Shown here: positions 17,392 to 27,065 of the stretch, piece after piece
How the letters are laid out: each line of letters opens with the position of its first letter
Numbering within the stretch: the stretch's first letter is position 1
DNA from: Gemmatimonadota bacterium
GTDB lineage: Bacteria > Gemmatimonadota > Gemmatimonadetes > Gemmatimonadales > GWC2-71-9
NCBI GenBank assembly: GCA_039586365.1
Contig: JBDHKN010000016.1
Span: forward strand, 32,001-96,000
DNA: 64,000 nucleotides
Reading direction: 5' to 3'
Notes under the pieces: generated by a model
Database searches by the model: none
What the model was told of the DNA's origin: nothing
The model's input: the letters and a program-made list of their open reading frames with translations, nothing else
Translations under genes and position numbers: made by a program

Positions 17392-17528
17392 GCCGCCCGG
17401 CGCCGGTATGCACCCAATGTCGTGGGTGCATACTGCATCACCGCACCGAAGGACATATGTATTGGAGTACCGTCCCTGTCGTTATTCTTAGGATCCCACT
17501 CAACTCTCTATATCTGGAGGAGGTATCA

Positions 17529-20159
17529 ATGCCATTACCACGGCGGGTTATACTCGGTTTGGCGTTCTCGCTGTTGGTTACGATGCCGTTCGAGATATCC
17601 ATAGCTGCCGCGCAGGTCACTCCGCCGGATGAGTACTTGGGGTTCCAGCCCGGCGCGGACTTCCACCTCATGACGTATGAACAGGCGATCGGCTATTTCG
17701 AGCATATCGCCGCCCAGACCGACCGCATGCTGGTCCTCGACATGGGCGAGACTTCGGCCGGTAGGAGAATGAAATACGGGGTCATTTCGTCTCCCGCTAA
17801 CCTCGCGCGGCTCGACGAGTTGAAGGACATCAACCGGAGGGTCAGCCTCGTGCGCGGCGTAGACGACGCCGAGGCGCGGCGTCTGGCGGAGCAGGGGAGA
17901 ACGATCGTCTGGATCGACGGTGGCTTGCACGGCACGGAAGTGGCCCCCGCGCAGCTTCTGCCGCAACTCGCGTACGATCTGGTATCCGGGACCGACAAAC
18001 AAACAACGGCGATCAGAGACAGCGTCATCGCGCTGCTGGTGTTCGCCAACCCGGACGGCATGACCATCGTGTCCGACTGGTACATGGGGAACGTCGGCAC
18101 GCCCTACGAGGTGAGCCCGATCCCTTGGCTGTATCACAAATACGTCGGCCACGACAACAACCGCGACTCGTTCATGTCCAATCTCAAAGAGACGCAGAAC
18201 ATGAACCAGGCGCACTCGCGCGAGTGGTATCCGGAGATCCTCTACAATCAGCATCAGACCGGCCCGTTCCCGGCCCGTATTTGGATTCCACCCGACGCCG
18301 AACCAACCAACCAGAACGTGCATCCGCTGATCGTCCGCTGGAAGAACCTGATCGGCACGGCGATGGGGAAGGCGTTCGAAGAGAACGATCAGCCAGGCGC
18401 GATATCGCGTATCAGGTACGATAGTTGGTATCCCGGATACGCCACGCAGGTGGTGGAAGGGCACAACGTCATGCCGATACTGACCGAGACGCAGCTGTAC
18501 CGCTATGCCACGCCGCAACACTTCACCGTGAACGACTTCCCGGAGGCGCACCGCGACCTGACAATGGGTGCCTTCTATCCGAGCCCGTGGCCCGGCGGGT
18601 GGTGGCGCATCGGTGACGCGGTCGCCTACAACAGCACTGCGTCCAAGGCGGTGCTCGAGGTGGCCGCGCGGTACAAGTACGAGTTGCTGTACGACAAGTA
18701 CAAGGTCGGTTCCGATGTGCTGGAGCGCTTCGGCAGTGAACCGCCCTACGGATGGATCGTACCAGCCGACCAGCCCGACAGAAGCAGCGCGGCGTTGCTG
18801 ATGGAACGGATGATGATCAACGGGATCGAAGTCTACACCGCCGACGAGGCGTTCGAGCACAACGGCATCTCCTTCCCGGCCGGGACGTTCGTTTTGCCCA
18901 CGAGTCAGCCGTTCGGCCTGTTCCTGAAGACCATCTTCGAGCGACAGTCGTATCCCGATCTCAGGAAGTACTCGCATCTGTGGCAGGGGCTCGTCAGTCC
19001 GGAAGACTGGGAGGGCGGTCCCCTGCGACCGTACGACGGCGTCGGGTGGACGTTGCCGCTCCAGATGGGTGTGGAGCACTGGGAGATGACGTCGCCACTG
19101 ACCGTTCAAATGACGGAAGTAGAGAGCATCGAACTGCCGGGCAGCGTCTCCGGCGGCGGTGGTTCCTATGTGTTCGATCACGCCGACAACAACAGCATAA
19201 CAGCCGTGATGCAATTGCTCGATGCAGGTGCGCGAGTCAGGTGGCTGCACGAACCGCTCAGTTTCGGCGGGCGACAATACCGTGCCGGTGCATACGTAGT
19301 TGAGACCGGGGCAGTGTCAGGTGCTAGGCTGCGTGACATAGCTGCATCGACCGGAGTGCGATTCACGGCGGGTAATCCGCGCGGCGCAGCGACTGCCCTC
19401 AGGAAACCGCGCACCGGGCTGCATCAAGCGTGGGTGGCCAGTATGGATGCAGGTTGGATCACCTACCTGTTCGACGCTTATGGCATTACATACCAGTCGG
19501 TCAGCAACGCAGAGATCAGGGCAGGAAGACTCCACGAGAGGTTCGACGTGATCATTTTTGCCGACCAGCGTGCATCCCAGATCATAGAAGGACATCGCAA
19601 GGGAACGATCCCACCCGACTATGTCGGCGGCATCGGGGACGAAGGCATAATCGCACTGCGCGAGTTCGTGGCGAGCGGTGGGACACTGGTTGCTAACAAC
19701 GGATCGAGCGACCTCCCGCTGGAACACTTTGATCTCCCGATAAACAACATCCTGGAAGGTGTCCCGGCCGACAGCTTCAACTGTCCCGGCGCACTGTTGA
19801 AGGCGGAATTCAACACAGACCATCAGCTCGCCTACGGCATGCCTGAACGCGGCATGATATTCTTTTCGCGCGGCAGCGTGTTCGAGATCGAGGGCGACGA
19901 GGCCGAGGCCGAGGTCGAGGAAGAGGGTGAGGAGAGCGACACGGAGGACGAGATCACCGTCGAAGTGGTCGTCACCTATCCCGACGAGCCGCTGCTGTTG
20001 AGCGGCTGGATGATCGGTGACGAGCGGATCCGCGAGAAAGCTGCCGCGCTCGCTGTCTCGTACGGCGAGGGGAAGATCGTCCTGTTCGGATTCAACGTGC
20101 ACAACCGGGCTCAGGCGCGGTCGACAACGAAACTGTTGTTCAATGCGTTGCTGTATTAG
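17529..20159 (+). CDS. M14-family zinc carboxypeptidase-like protein with C-terminal glutamine-amidotransferase-like region
   Basis: GGAGG RBS, signal peptide, HGTE, NPDG, DNNRD, QHQ motifs; MDAGW. Confidence 0.88.
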   Translation: MPLPRRVILGLAFSLLVTMPFEISIAAAQVTPPDEYLGFQPGADFHLMTYEQAIGYFEHIAAQTDRMLVLDMGETSAGRRMKYGVISSPANLARLDELKDINRRVSLVRGVDDAEARRLAEQGRTIVWIDGGLHGTEVAPAQLLPQLAYDLVSGTDKQTTAIRDSVIALLVFANPDGMTIVSDWYMGNVGTPYEVSPIPWLYHKYVGHDNNRDSFMSNLKETQNMNQAHSREWYPEILYNQHQTGPFPARIWIPPDAEPTNQNVHPLIVRWKNLIGTAMGKAFEENDQPGAISRIRYDSWYPGYATQVVEGHNVMPILTETQLYRYATPQHFTVNDFPEAHRDLTMGAFYPSPWPGGWWRIGDAVAYNSTASKAVLEVAARYKYELLYDKYKVGSDVLERFGSEPPYGWIVPADQPDRSSAALLMERMMINGIEVYTADEAFEHNGISFPAGTFVLPTSQPFGLFLKTIFERQSYPDLRKYSHLWQGLVSPEDWEGGPLRPYDGVGWTLPLQMGVEHWEMTSPLTVQMTEVESIELPGSVSGGGGSYVFDHADNNSITAVMQLLDAGARVRWLHEPLSFGGRQYRAGAYVVETGAVSGARLRDIAASTGVRFTAGNPRGAATALRKPRTGLHQAWVASMDAGWITYLFDAYGITYQSVSNAEIRAGRLHERFDVIIFADQRASQIIEGHRKGTIPPDYVGGIGDEGIIALREFVASGGTLVANNGSSDLPLEHFDLPINNILEGVPADSFNCPGALLKAEFNTDHQLAYGMPERGMIFFSRGSVFEIEGDEAEAEVEEEGEESDTEDEITVEVVVTYPDEPLLLSGWMIGDERIREKAAALAVSYGEGKIVLFGFNVHNRAQARSTTKLLFNALLY

Positions 20160-20213
20160 GGCCGCTGATCTTCTGCGGATCAGAGCGGATTGACGTGGGA
20201 TTGTGAAGACCAG

Positions 20214-20242
20214 GGCCCCGATGTCGCTGTGATGTCGGGGCC
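20214..20242 (+). terminator. GC-rich hairpin after the M14 gene, possible terminator
   Basis: GGCCCCGA...TCGGGGCC inverted repeat; no clear U-tract. Confidence 0.4.
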
Positions 20243-20475
20243 TGCTTGAGATTGAGCATGCGGTGAGTGGGATTGCCCCGTCGACCGAGCGATCACCTGC
20301 CACGAACCATAACTCCGTTAACCATGCTGGCCTGCGGCGACGCATGTAGCTATAATGGCTCGCTTCGGACCAACGAGTCGCCCAAGATGAAGGAGTCAGC
20401 GGACCGTTCCAGTTTGGTCATGTTCGCCGCCTCTGCGGTCCCTTCTGTACCAGCATCCTTGAACTGGAGTCGCTG

Positions 20476-21285
20476 ATGCCGGAATCCACAGTAGCAGCAG
20501 TAGCCGATGCGCAAGCCTCCCTGGAGGCAGTCATCAAAGGAGAGGTTCTCCGGATGTATCAGGAGGTCGCCGACAGCCCGGAGGCAGAGTTCCATTTCTA
20601 TCACGGACGTGAGGCGGCAGAGATGTTCGGCTACGATCCCGAGTGGCTGAACCAAGCCCCTAAGGGAGCCGTGGCCTCTTTTGCAGGAGTTGGCAACCCA
20701 CACGCCCGGAGCGCGCTGCAGCCGGGTGAGACGGTGCTCGACCTTGGGAGCGGTGCGGGGCTGGACAGCATCATTGCGTCGTGGCAGGTAGGTCCTACCG
20801 GGAAGGTGATTGGGCTAGACCTGAACCCGTCCATGTGTGCCAAAGCGAAAGCGCACGCTGAGGCCACAGGTACCACCCTGGAGTGCCATGAAGGGGTGAT
20901 GGAAAAGATCCCGCTCCAGGATGCCAGCGTGGATGTCATCACGTCGAACGGAGTCATCAATCTCTCGTTTCAGAAGCGCCGTGTGATCCAAGAGATGTTT
21001 CGGGTCCTCCGGCCCGGTGGCCGCATCTCTATCACCGACATCGTCAGCGCGAAGCAGCTCTCCCAATCGATCGTGAACGATCCCAAGCTGTGGGCTAGCT
21101 GAATTGGAGGTGCTCTCCCGGAGGGAGAGGTGTTTGCACTGCTCGAGGACAGCGGCTTCCAGCGCGTGCGCTCGGCAGTGGTGTCGGGCTTCCGATTCCG
21201 CAAGGGAGCGACCCAGGATGCTGCCGAGGCGTACGGCGTCAAGGCAGTCCACTTCACGGCTCGCAAACCCGACATAGCCTCGTAG
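20476..21285 (+). CDS. ArsM-like SAM-dependent methyltransferase, probable selenoprotein (Sec209, 269 aa)
   Basis: VLDLGSGAGLD SAM motif; TGA at 21100-21102 in LWAS-U-IGGAL, where ArsM has Cys; frame stays open for 60 more sense codons to TAG at 21283-21285. Confidence 0.85.
21113..21129 (+). promoter_or_regulatory. candidate bacterial SECIS element
   Basis: CTCTCCC-GGA-GGGAGAG perfect 7-bp stem; loop G lies 18 nt after the UGA. Confidence 0.75.
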
Positions 21286-21457
21286 TGCTCGGAGTCCGGT
21301 CATTGCACGCCGGGTTTGTTCCCGGGTGTCTTCCACCGGCGCCCGGTGCCGGAGCGCGCTGGCTTTCAGGAATGACCGGGCTCGCCGCCCAATTGCACCT
21401 CCCAGTGTCGTTGGGGAGGTGCGTCTGGCCATCACCGTCAGCTCGAGAGGTTCTCAA

Positions 21458-22873
21458 GTGACGCCACTGCCCAATTCGCACGTCGTCTTGGATTCCGCCG
21501 CGGTCGAGGATCTGCGTACTCGCTTCCGCGGCTCGCTCCTGCTACCCGGAGATCCGGGGTACGAGGATTCCCGCACCGTCTGGAACGCGATGATCGACCG
21601 CCGACCGGTGCTCGTTGCCCGTTGCCTTGGTGTTGGCGACGTAATCGCCGCGGTGAACTTCGCCCGCGAGCACGGTATCGCCCTGACGATAAAGGGTGGC
21701 GGGCACAACATCTCGGGGCTGGCCGTGGCCGACGGCGCAATCATGTTGGACATGTCGTCGATGCGTGGCGTTATGGTCGATGCGGACGCTCGCATCGCCC
21801 GTGTGCAAGCGGGCTGTCTCCTGGGTGACGTAGATCGCGAAACCCAGGTCCACGGTCTCGCAGCCGTGCTTGGCTTCGTCTCCAACACCGGTATCGCCGG
21901 TCTCACGTTGGGTGGTGGCTTCGGATACTTGACGCGCCAGTATGGCTGGACCTGCGACAACGTGCGCGCAATAGAGCTGGTGACGGCGAACGGCAGCCTG
22001 GTCCGCGCCAGCGAACAGGAGAATCCTGATCTGTTCTGGGGACTCCGTGGCGGCGGCGGCAATTTCGGGGTGGCAACGCGGTTCGACTACGATCTCTACC
22101 CGGTCGGTCCGGAGATCATTGGCGGTGCGGTGGCTTGGCCGGGTGAGGCAGCCCCTGATGTACTGGAGATGTATCGTACGGTGGCCGCCGGCGCTCCCCC
22201 GGAGCTGTCGCTCGTGGCGGTGCTACGCCTGGCGCCACCGGCGCCGTGGCTGCCGCAGGAGTTTCACGGCAAGCTCATCGTAGCGATCTTTGCGTGCCAC
22301 ACGGGATCGATCGCTGCAGGTGAGAAGCTCGTGGCCCCGATCAAGGCATTCGGCAAGCCGATAGGGGATGTGCTGCAGCGGCGGACCTACATTTCGCAGC
22401 AGTCGATCCTCGACGCCACCCAACCGAAGGGAAGGCGCTACTACTGGAAGTCGGAATATCTGCCTGCGGTCGAACCGGGGTTGCTCCGTAAGTGCGTGGA
22501 GTACGCTGAGCAGCTGAAATCCCCCCATTCCGCAGTGGTCCTGTTTCCGCTGGGTGGTGCACTCAACCAGGCCGCAACTGATCTCTCTCCAGTGGGCAAC
22601 CGCGACGCGGAATACGTGCTGAACGTGACCGCGTCTTGGGAATCAGCGGGAGACGACGCAGCCAACGTGGGGTGGGCACGCGCCGCGTGGGAAGACATGA
22701 GAGGCTACTCGACCGGCGGAACGTACATCAATTTCCTGACGGAAGAAGAGGTGGGTGACCGCATTCGCGACGCGTACGGCGGCCACTACGAGCGGCTCGT
22801 GCAGGTGAAGACAACCTGGGACCCGGAGAACTTCTTCCGTGTGAACAAGAACCTCGTGCCGCAGGTGCGCTAG
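21458..22873 (+). CDS. FAD-binding oxidoreductase (berberine bridge enzyme-like)
   Basis: KGGGHN covalent-FAD motif, GLTLGGG.G, LFWGLRGGGGNFGV, YINF, K..WDPENFF. Confidence 0.92.
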   Translation: MTPLPNSHVVLDSAAVEDLRTRFRGSLLLPGDPGYEDSRTVWNAMIDRRPVLVARCLGVGDVIAAVNFAREHGIALTIKGGGHNISGLAVADGAIMLDMSSMRGVMVDADARIARVQAGCLLGDVDRETQVHGLAAVLGFVSNTGIAGLTLGGGFGYLTRQYGWTCDNVRAIELVTANGSLVRASEQENPDLFWGLRGGGGNFGVATRFDYDLYPVGPEIIGGAVAWPGEAAPDVLEMYRTVAAGAPPELSLVAVLRLAPPAPWLPQEFHGKLIVAIFACHTGSIAAGEKLVAPIKAFGKPIGDVLQRRTYISQQSILDATQPKGRRYYWKSEYLPAVEPGLLRKCVEYAEQLKSPHSAVVLFPLGGALNQAATDLSPVGNRDAEYVLNVTASWESAGDDAANVGWARAAWEDMRGYSTGGTYINFLTEEEVGDRIRDAYGGHYERLVQVKTTWDPENFFRVNKNLVPQVR

Positions 22874-22960
22874 CCGGTCGAGGAATGCAGCAATCAACGC
22901 GCTCTGTGATGAGGCGGACCGCATAGTAGTTGGCTGACGAGCAGCGGAGCCGGCGAACGT

Positions 22961-24391
22961 TCAGCGACCGGTTGCGACTGTATCATCGCCGCCGGCGGGC
23001 AACCATAGGACAAACACGCTACCCGCACCGGCAGTGCTCGCCACGGTGATCTTGCCGCCTTGCAGCTCGATGAGCGTGCGGGCGATGGCCAAGCCGAGTC
23101 CCACACCACCATGGGCGCGGCTGCGGGATTTTTCCACGCGGTAGAAGCGGTCGAATATGTGAGGTAGATCTTGGGGCGGGATTCCCAATCCCGTGTCCCG
23201 AACGGCGATGCCAACTGCGTCTCCGTCTCGTTCGAGCGCGATTGTCACCGACCCCCGCTCAGTGTGGTGCACCGCATTGGTTACGACGTTCAGCACCGCC
23301 TGACGGGCATATTGTGGATCGCCCCAGGCGTGCGCGAGTGCTCGGATCTCGTTCCTGATCTCGATGTCTCGGTCGGTGGCCATCGCCTCGGCAATCTCCG
23401 TAGCCTCACACGCGATTGAGCGCAAATCGAACCGTTTTCGCTCAATGGCAATCGCCGCGTTGTCGCTGCGGGCCAGGAGCAGCAGATCATCCACCATTTT
23501 GCTGGTGCGCTCGACTTCGCTGCCGATGGCTGCCAGTGCCTCTCCCATCTCGTCGACCGAACGACGCTCGTCTAGTGCCCACTGGGCCTGCGCGCGGAGA
23601 TAGGTGAGCGGGGTGCGCAACTCGTGACTCGCGTCGGCGGTGAATGCTTCGAGCGCCCGATGCGAAGCTTCGACACGGGTAATCAGTCGGTTGATCGCGT
23701 CGGCGATCTGGGTGATCTCGATCACGCCGGTAGGTTGGGTCACGCGGCGGCTCAGATCGTCGGGCCCGATGTCCTGGGTCTCCGACAACACACGCTTGAC
23801 CGGTGCCAAGGCCGCCGCCACTGCCACGCGTGTGGCGCGGCGGGCGAGGAGGGCGGTGAGCGGCAGCAGTAGCAACGCTACTCCGGCTATCCCTGCCAGG
23901 GCCACCAGGTGCGGCTGCCGGCTGCCGGCAACGAAGACATCGAACTCGCCGGCCCGCTGATGCAGCACGCGGTAGCGCCAGCGCCCCCGTTCGGCTACGG
24001 CGCGGATGATTTCAGCGTTGACGTCTTCGGGTGTAGCATCCGGACCGAGTGCCGCAATTCGTTTGGCCGGCATCGTGGGAGACAGGAAGTATACCGAACG
24101 GCCTCCCTCAGCGGTTGCCGCCGTCCGGGTGATGAGGAAGCGGGCTCCCATCCCCACCAGCTGCTCCGCCAGGCTGTCGGAAGCCACCGTAGTGCGCTCG
24201 CCCCCTGGATCGGCATAGAGGCCGAGCAGTGACTCGATGACTGTCGCGGTCTGGCCCAGCGTGCGGCCCAGCGATACCTCTCCCAGAACGGCAAACGCCG
24301 TGATCACTATGGAGGCATAGCCGGAGAGAGTGACCCAGGTAAGCCGGGAGAATCGCGCCACCAGCTCGCCGGCCAGCAGGCGTTCGGTCAT
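22961..24391 (-). CDS. HAMP-domain sensor histidine kinase
   Basis: ADASHELRTP, NAV, DTGLGI, FDRFYR, GLGLAI; ATGA overlap with regulator. Confidence 0.92.
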   Translation of the reverse strand: MTERLLAGELVARFSRLTWVTLSGYASIVITAFAVLGEVSLGRTLGQTATVIESLLGLYADPGGERTTVASDSLAEQLVGMGARFLITRTAATAEGGRSVYFLSPTMPAKRIAALGPDATPEDVNAEIIRAVAERGRWRYRVLHQRAGEFDVFVAGSRQPHLVALAGIAGVALLLLPLTALLARRATRVAVAAALAPVKRVLSETQDIGPDDLSRRVTQPTGVIEITQIADAINRLITRVEASHRALEAFTADASHELRTPLTYLRAQAQWALDERRSVDEMGEALAAIGSEVERTSKMVDDLLLLARSDNAAIAIERKRFDLRSIACEATEIAEAMATDRDIEIRNEIRALAHAWGDPQYARQAVLNVVTNAVHHTERGSVTIALERDGDAVGIAVRDTGLGIPPQDLPHIFDRFYRVEKSRSRAHGGVGLGLAIARTLIELQGGKITVASTAGAGSVFVLWLPAGGDDTVATGR

Positions 24392-25062
24392 GGGCCCTCT
24401 AGGCGATAGCCTACGCCACGTACCGTGAGAATCTCGGTCCCATCCGGAATCTCGCCCAGCTTCTTGCGCAGGTAGTTGATATAGACGTCCACCACGTTGG
24501 TGCCGCTGTCGAACTGGTAGTCCCACACGGCCTCGGCTATGCGGGAGCGGGACATGGTGCGGCCCGCGTTGCGCATCAGGAATTCGAGTAACGCGAACTC
24601 GCGAGGTGACAGATCGATGCTGCGGCCCGCGACGGTGAGCGCTCTGGCAGGTACGTCGAGTTTGAGTACGCCCACTTTAAGAGCGGAATCCTCCCGCTTG
24701 AATTGGGCCCGGCGGATCACTGCCTGGACCCGGGCCAACAACTCAGCCAGATCGAACGGCTTGGTCAAGTAGTCGTCGGCGCCGCCCTCCAGGCCTTTGA
24801 CCTTGTCGGTGAGTTCACCGCGCGCAGTCAGCATCAGGACCGGCGTGTGCAACCCCCTGTCACGCAGTTCACGCACGATCTCGAACCCATCCATGCCGGG
24901 CAGCATGAGATCCAATACAATGCAGTCGTACTTGGAGTCGAGTGCTGCGGCGAGTCCTGCATCACCCGCCGCGGCCTGGTTTACGGCGTAGCCCTCCTCG
25001 CGGAACGCCTTGTGCAAGAAAGCCCGCAAATTGTTGTCGTCTTCGACTAGCAGGATCCGCAT
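24388..25062 (-). CDS. OmpR-family response regulator
   Basis: LLVEDD, LDLMLP, KPF, NVVDVYINYLRKK, TVRGVGY. Confidence 0.95.
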   Translation of the reverse strand: MRILLVEDDNNLRAFLHKAFREEGYAVNQAAAGDAGLAAALDSKYDCIVLDLMLPGMDGFEIVRELRDRGLHTPVLMLTARGELTDKVKGLEGGADDYLTKPFDLAELLARVQAVIRRAQFKREDSALKVGVLKLDVPARALTVAGRSIDLSPREFALLEFLMRNAGRTMSRSRIAEAVWDYQFDSGTNVVDVYINYLRKKLGEIPDGTEILTVRGVGYRLEGP

Positions 25063-25128
25063 GCGAGGAACTGGTGTGAGGTTGGGGCTGTGGGGAGGCG
25101 CAAAGCGCCTCCCCGGATTGGAGAGAAG

Positions 25129-25953
25129 TTACTTGATTCGACGGACGGTGACACGCGCTACCGGGTCGGTCCAGCCATGCTGCGCAGGATCCAGGAAAGC
25201 GCCACCCTGGATACCGGGGTGCAGCTGAACGACTCCTCCTTCCGCGACGTGTCCGTTACCGTCGGCGTCACCGGCCACGGGGCCGATTGCCGGGCACCCA
25301 TCCACGACATTGGCGGACGTCTCGTCGTTCACTTCCGTGCCGGCGTCATAGCCGGGCGCGTAGTACGTGCGCGGCTTGAATCCGTCGGGTAACCGCACGC
25401 CGTCGAGCCCGACGAAGCCATCGTTAGTGCAGATCAGCATCACGGCGAGAGAGAGCCGGTTGGCGTTGCCTCGTGCTGTGATCGTGGTTGTCAGAGACGT
25501 GGGTCCGGGACCCCCGACCCGATGAATCGGTGCCATGGTCGCGACGATGCCGTCAACCCCACGGGTGTCCATCAACTCGGTCTCCGCAGTGCTGGGATCA
25601 CCGCTTTCTGCGATGAACCGCAGACCGTCGGAGGCCACATCACCCACGGTGAAGAAGGACGACCACTTGTTGTGCGTGGCGATCACTCCCGGCGACAGGG
25701 GCTGGCCCGTTGCGAGGTTGGTGATGGTGATCTCGTACTCGCGGGACCGTCCCCTGGCGGGCCACCTTCCGTAATGCCGCCGAACATTCGCATGGCGCCC
25801 GGATGAGCGCCCGAACTGCAGCACTGCGGCGCTGTCTGCGGCGGCCTCGACGTCGGTTAACGCGTCGGTTTGTGGTGGATCGAACATGCCATCCGAGTCG
25901 CTGCACGCCATGGTGAGAGCTGCGGCGAGCACTGCTGTGATCTGTTTCATCAT
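25129..25953 (-). CDS. spondin-domain lipoprotein
   Basis: Lipobox LTMAC; ITITNL..GQPLSP, AESGD, MLICTNDGFVG, YDAGTE. Confidence 0.85.
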   Translation of the reverse strand: MMKQITAVLAAALTMACSDSDGMFDPPQTDALTDVEAAADSAAVLQFGRSSGRHANVRRHYGRWPARGRSREYEITITNLATGQPLSPGVIATHNKWSSFFTVGDVASDGLRFIAESGDPSTAETELMDTRGVDGIVATMAPIHRVGGPGPTSLTTTITARGNANRLSLAVMLICTNDGFVGLDGVRLPDGFKPRTYYAPGYDAGTEVNDETSANVVDGCPAIGPVAGDADGNGHVAEGGVVQLHPGIQGGAFLDPAQHGWTDPVARVTVRRIK

Positions 25954-26051
25954 TGCTGGACCTCCCTTGAATGGGCTGTGCGTGGTGGTTCAACGAATCC
26001 ACGGACAGTCTAGGAGGCTGGCTCGGTCCAGAGCCGTAATGTGAGAGAATT

Positions 26052-26067
26052 CTCATGCTGCTCTAAC
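26052..26067 (-). promoter_or_regulatory. candidate OmpR-type tandem box upstream of spondin-RR-HK
   Basis: Plus strand CTCAT-N6-CTAAC, 11-bp period, about 100 bp upstream of the start. Confidence 0.35.
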
Positions 26068-26311
26068 CGCGCCCGGGCGAGCCGGCTCGAACGGATTTGC
26101 TGGGAGCAGACGGAGGTCCGACCTGGTGGGAACGATTAGAGGTGGCCGCAGATGGACGCGGCAACTCACCTGACTGACGAACTCACAATCGCCGCGACCC
26201 GTCGCACGTTCGGTGACGGTTAGAGCGATGCTACGATCACAGTGGAACACAACGTGACGCACTCTTCTATGATAGAGCAGCCCGTGGTTCGACCGTAGTC
26301 ACCAACGCGAG

Positions 26312-26992
26312 CTACTGCGGAGCCCGCTTGTAGCTCACGGAGAGCCCGCCCCCACTCATCAAGAACTCGGTCTCGAGGTTGGGCGTGTTGGTGAGCACTT
26401 CGACGAACTGACCGGTCCCGCCGGCGCCCCGCCTACGTCTCCCGCTTGCCCGGTTTGACACGTTGTGCGCCGTGAAGCAGCCGCCCACCTCGAGCTTGGG
26501 GAGTGCGTCACGGAAGTACTGGGTGTACCAGTTCTTGTCGGCATCGACGAATACGAAGTCGAAGGGGCCGGACAGGGCCGGCACCAGTTCATGCGCATCC
26601 GCGAGCCGAGCATCGATGTACTCGCTGAGGCCCGCCGCCTCGAAATTCTCCACTGCCTGGCGATACCGCCGTTGGTCGATCTCGATCGTGATGAGTCTCC
26701 CACCGGTCTTACTGAGGGCCCAGGCGATCCAGATGGCGGAGTGCCCCGTGGAGGTGCCGATCTCGAGCGCTTGGGTGTACCCGTTCTGGACAACAAGGTC
26801 GTACAGGACCTGCCCATCCGCCGTGGGAACGTTCATATCCCGCCAGGATCTCCGGTGCTCGTCGAGAAAGCGCTGCACCCTGGCGTCGAGGTCTTCTTGT
26901 GTTTTGGGATCCTGAGCCAGGCCGGGCTGGGCCGGGGCACTCAATAGGAGCGCTGTCAGAGAAATCCAAAACATCTGTGGCGTCGACTTCAT
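26312..26992 (-). CDS. class I SAM-dependent O-methyltransferase with N-terminal signal peptide
   Basis: LEIGTSTGHS, TIEID, FDFVFVDADK, FTAHN. Confidence 0.88.
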   Translation of the reverse strand: MKSTPQMFWISLTALLLSAPAQPGLAQDPKTQEDLDARVQRFLDEHRRSWRDMNVPTADGQVLYDLVVQNGYTQALEIGTSTGHSAIWIAWALSKTGGRLITIEIDQRRYRQAVENFEAAGLSEYIDARLADAHELVPALSGPFDFVFVDADKNWYTQYFRDALPKLEVGGCFTAHNVSNRASGRRRRGAGGTGQFVEVLTNTPNLETEFLMSGGGLSVSYKRAPQ

Positions 26993-27065
26993 GATTCAAT
27001 CCCCATTCTATATACGCGGCTCCACGCGGCAACGTTGGGTCGCCTGCTGCATTTGGTTGGTCGTA

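Noticed and set aside
19885..19950. Acidic low-complexity tract in the M14 protein
   Set aside because: In-frame flexible loop; no evidence of a tandem repeat or insertion element.
17535..20345. Long minus-strand ORFs (580 aa and 342 aa)
   Set aside because: Antisense to the M14 gene; typical high-GC shadow frames.
20351..20356. TATAAT upstream of the methyltransferase
   Set aside because: No convincing -35 or extended -10, so not listed as a promoter.
21100..21102. UGA as Trp/Gly (alternative genetic code) or simple nonsense mutation
   Set aside because: Many other genes here end normally at TGA, including ATGA overlaps. The Cys-equivalent position plus hairpin favours Sec, although a pseudogene is not fully excluded.
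20815..21435. Minus-strand ORFs covering the region after the UGA
   Set aside because: No motifs; plus-strand read-through explains the region better.
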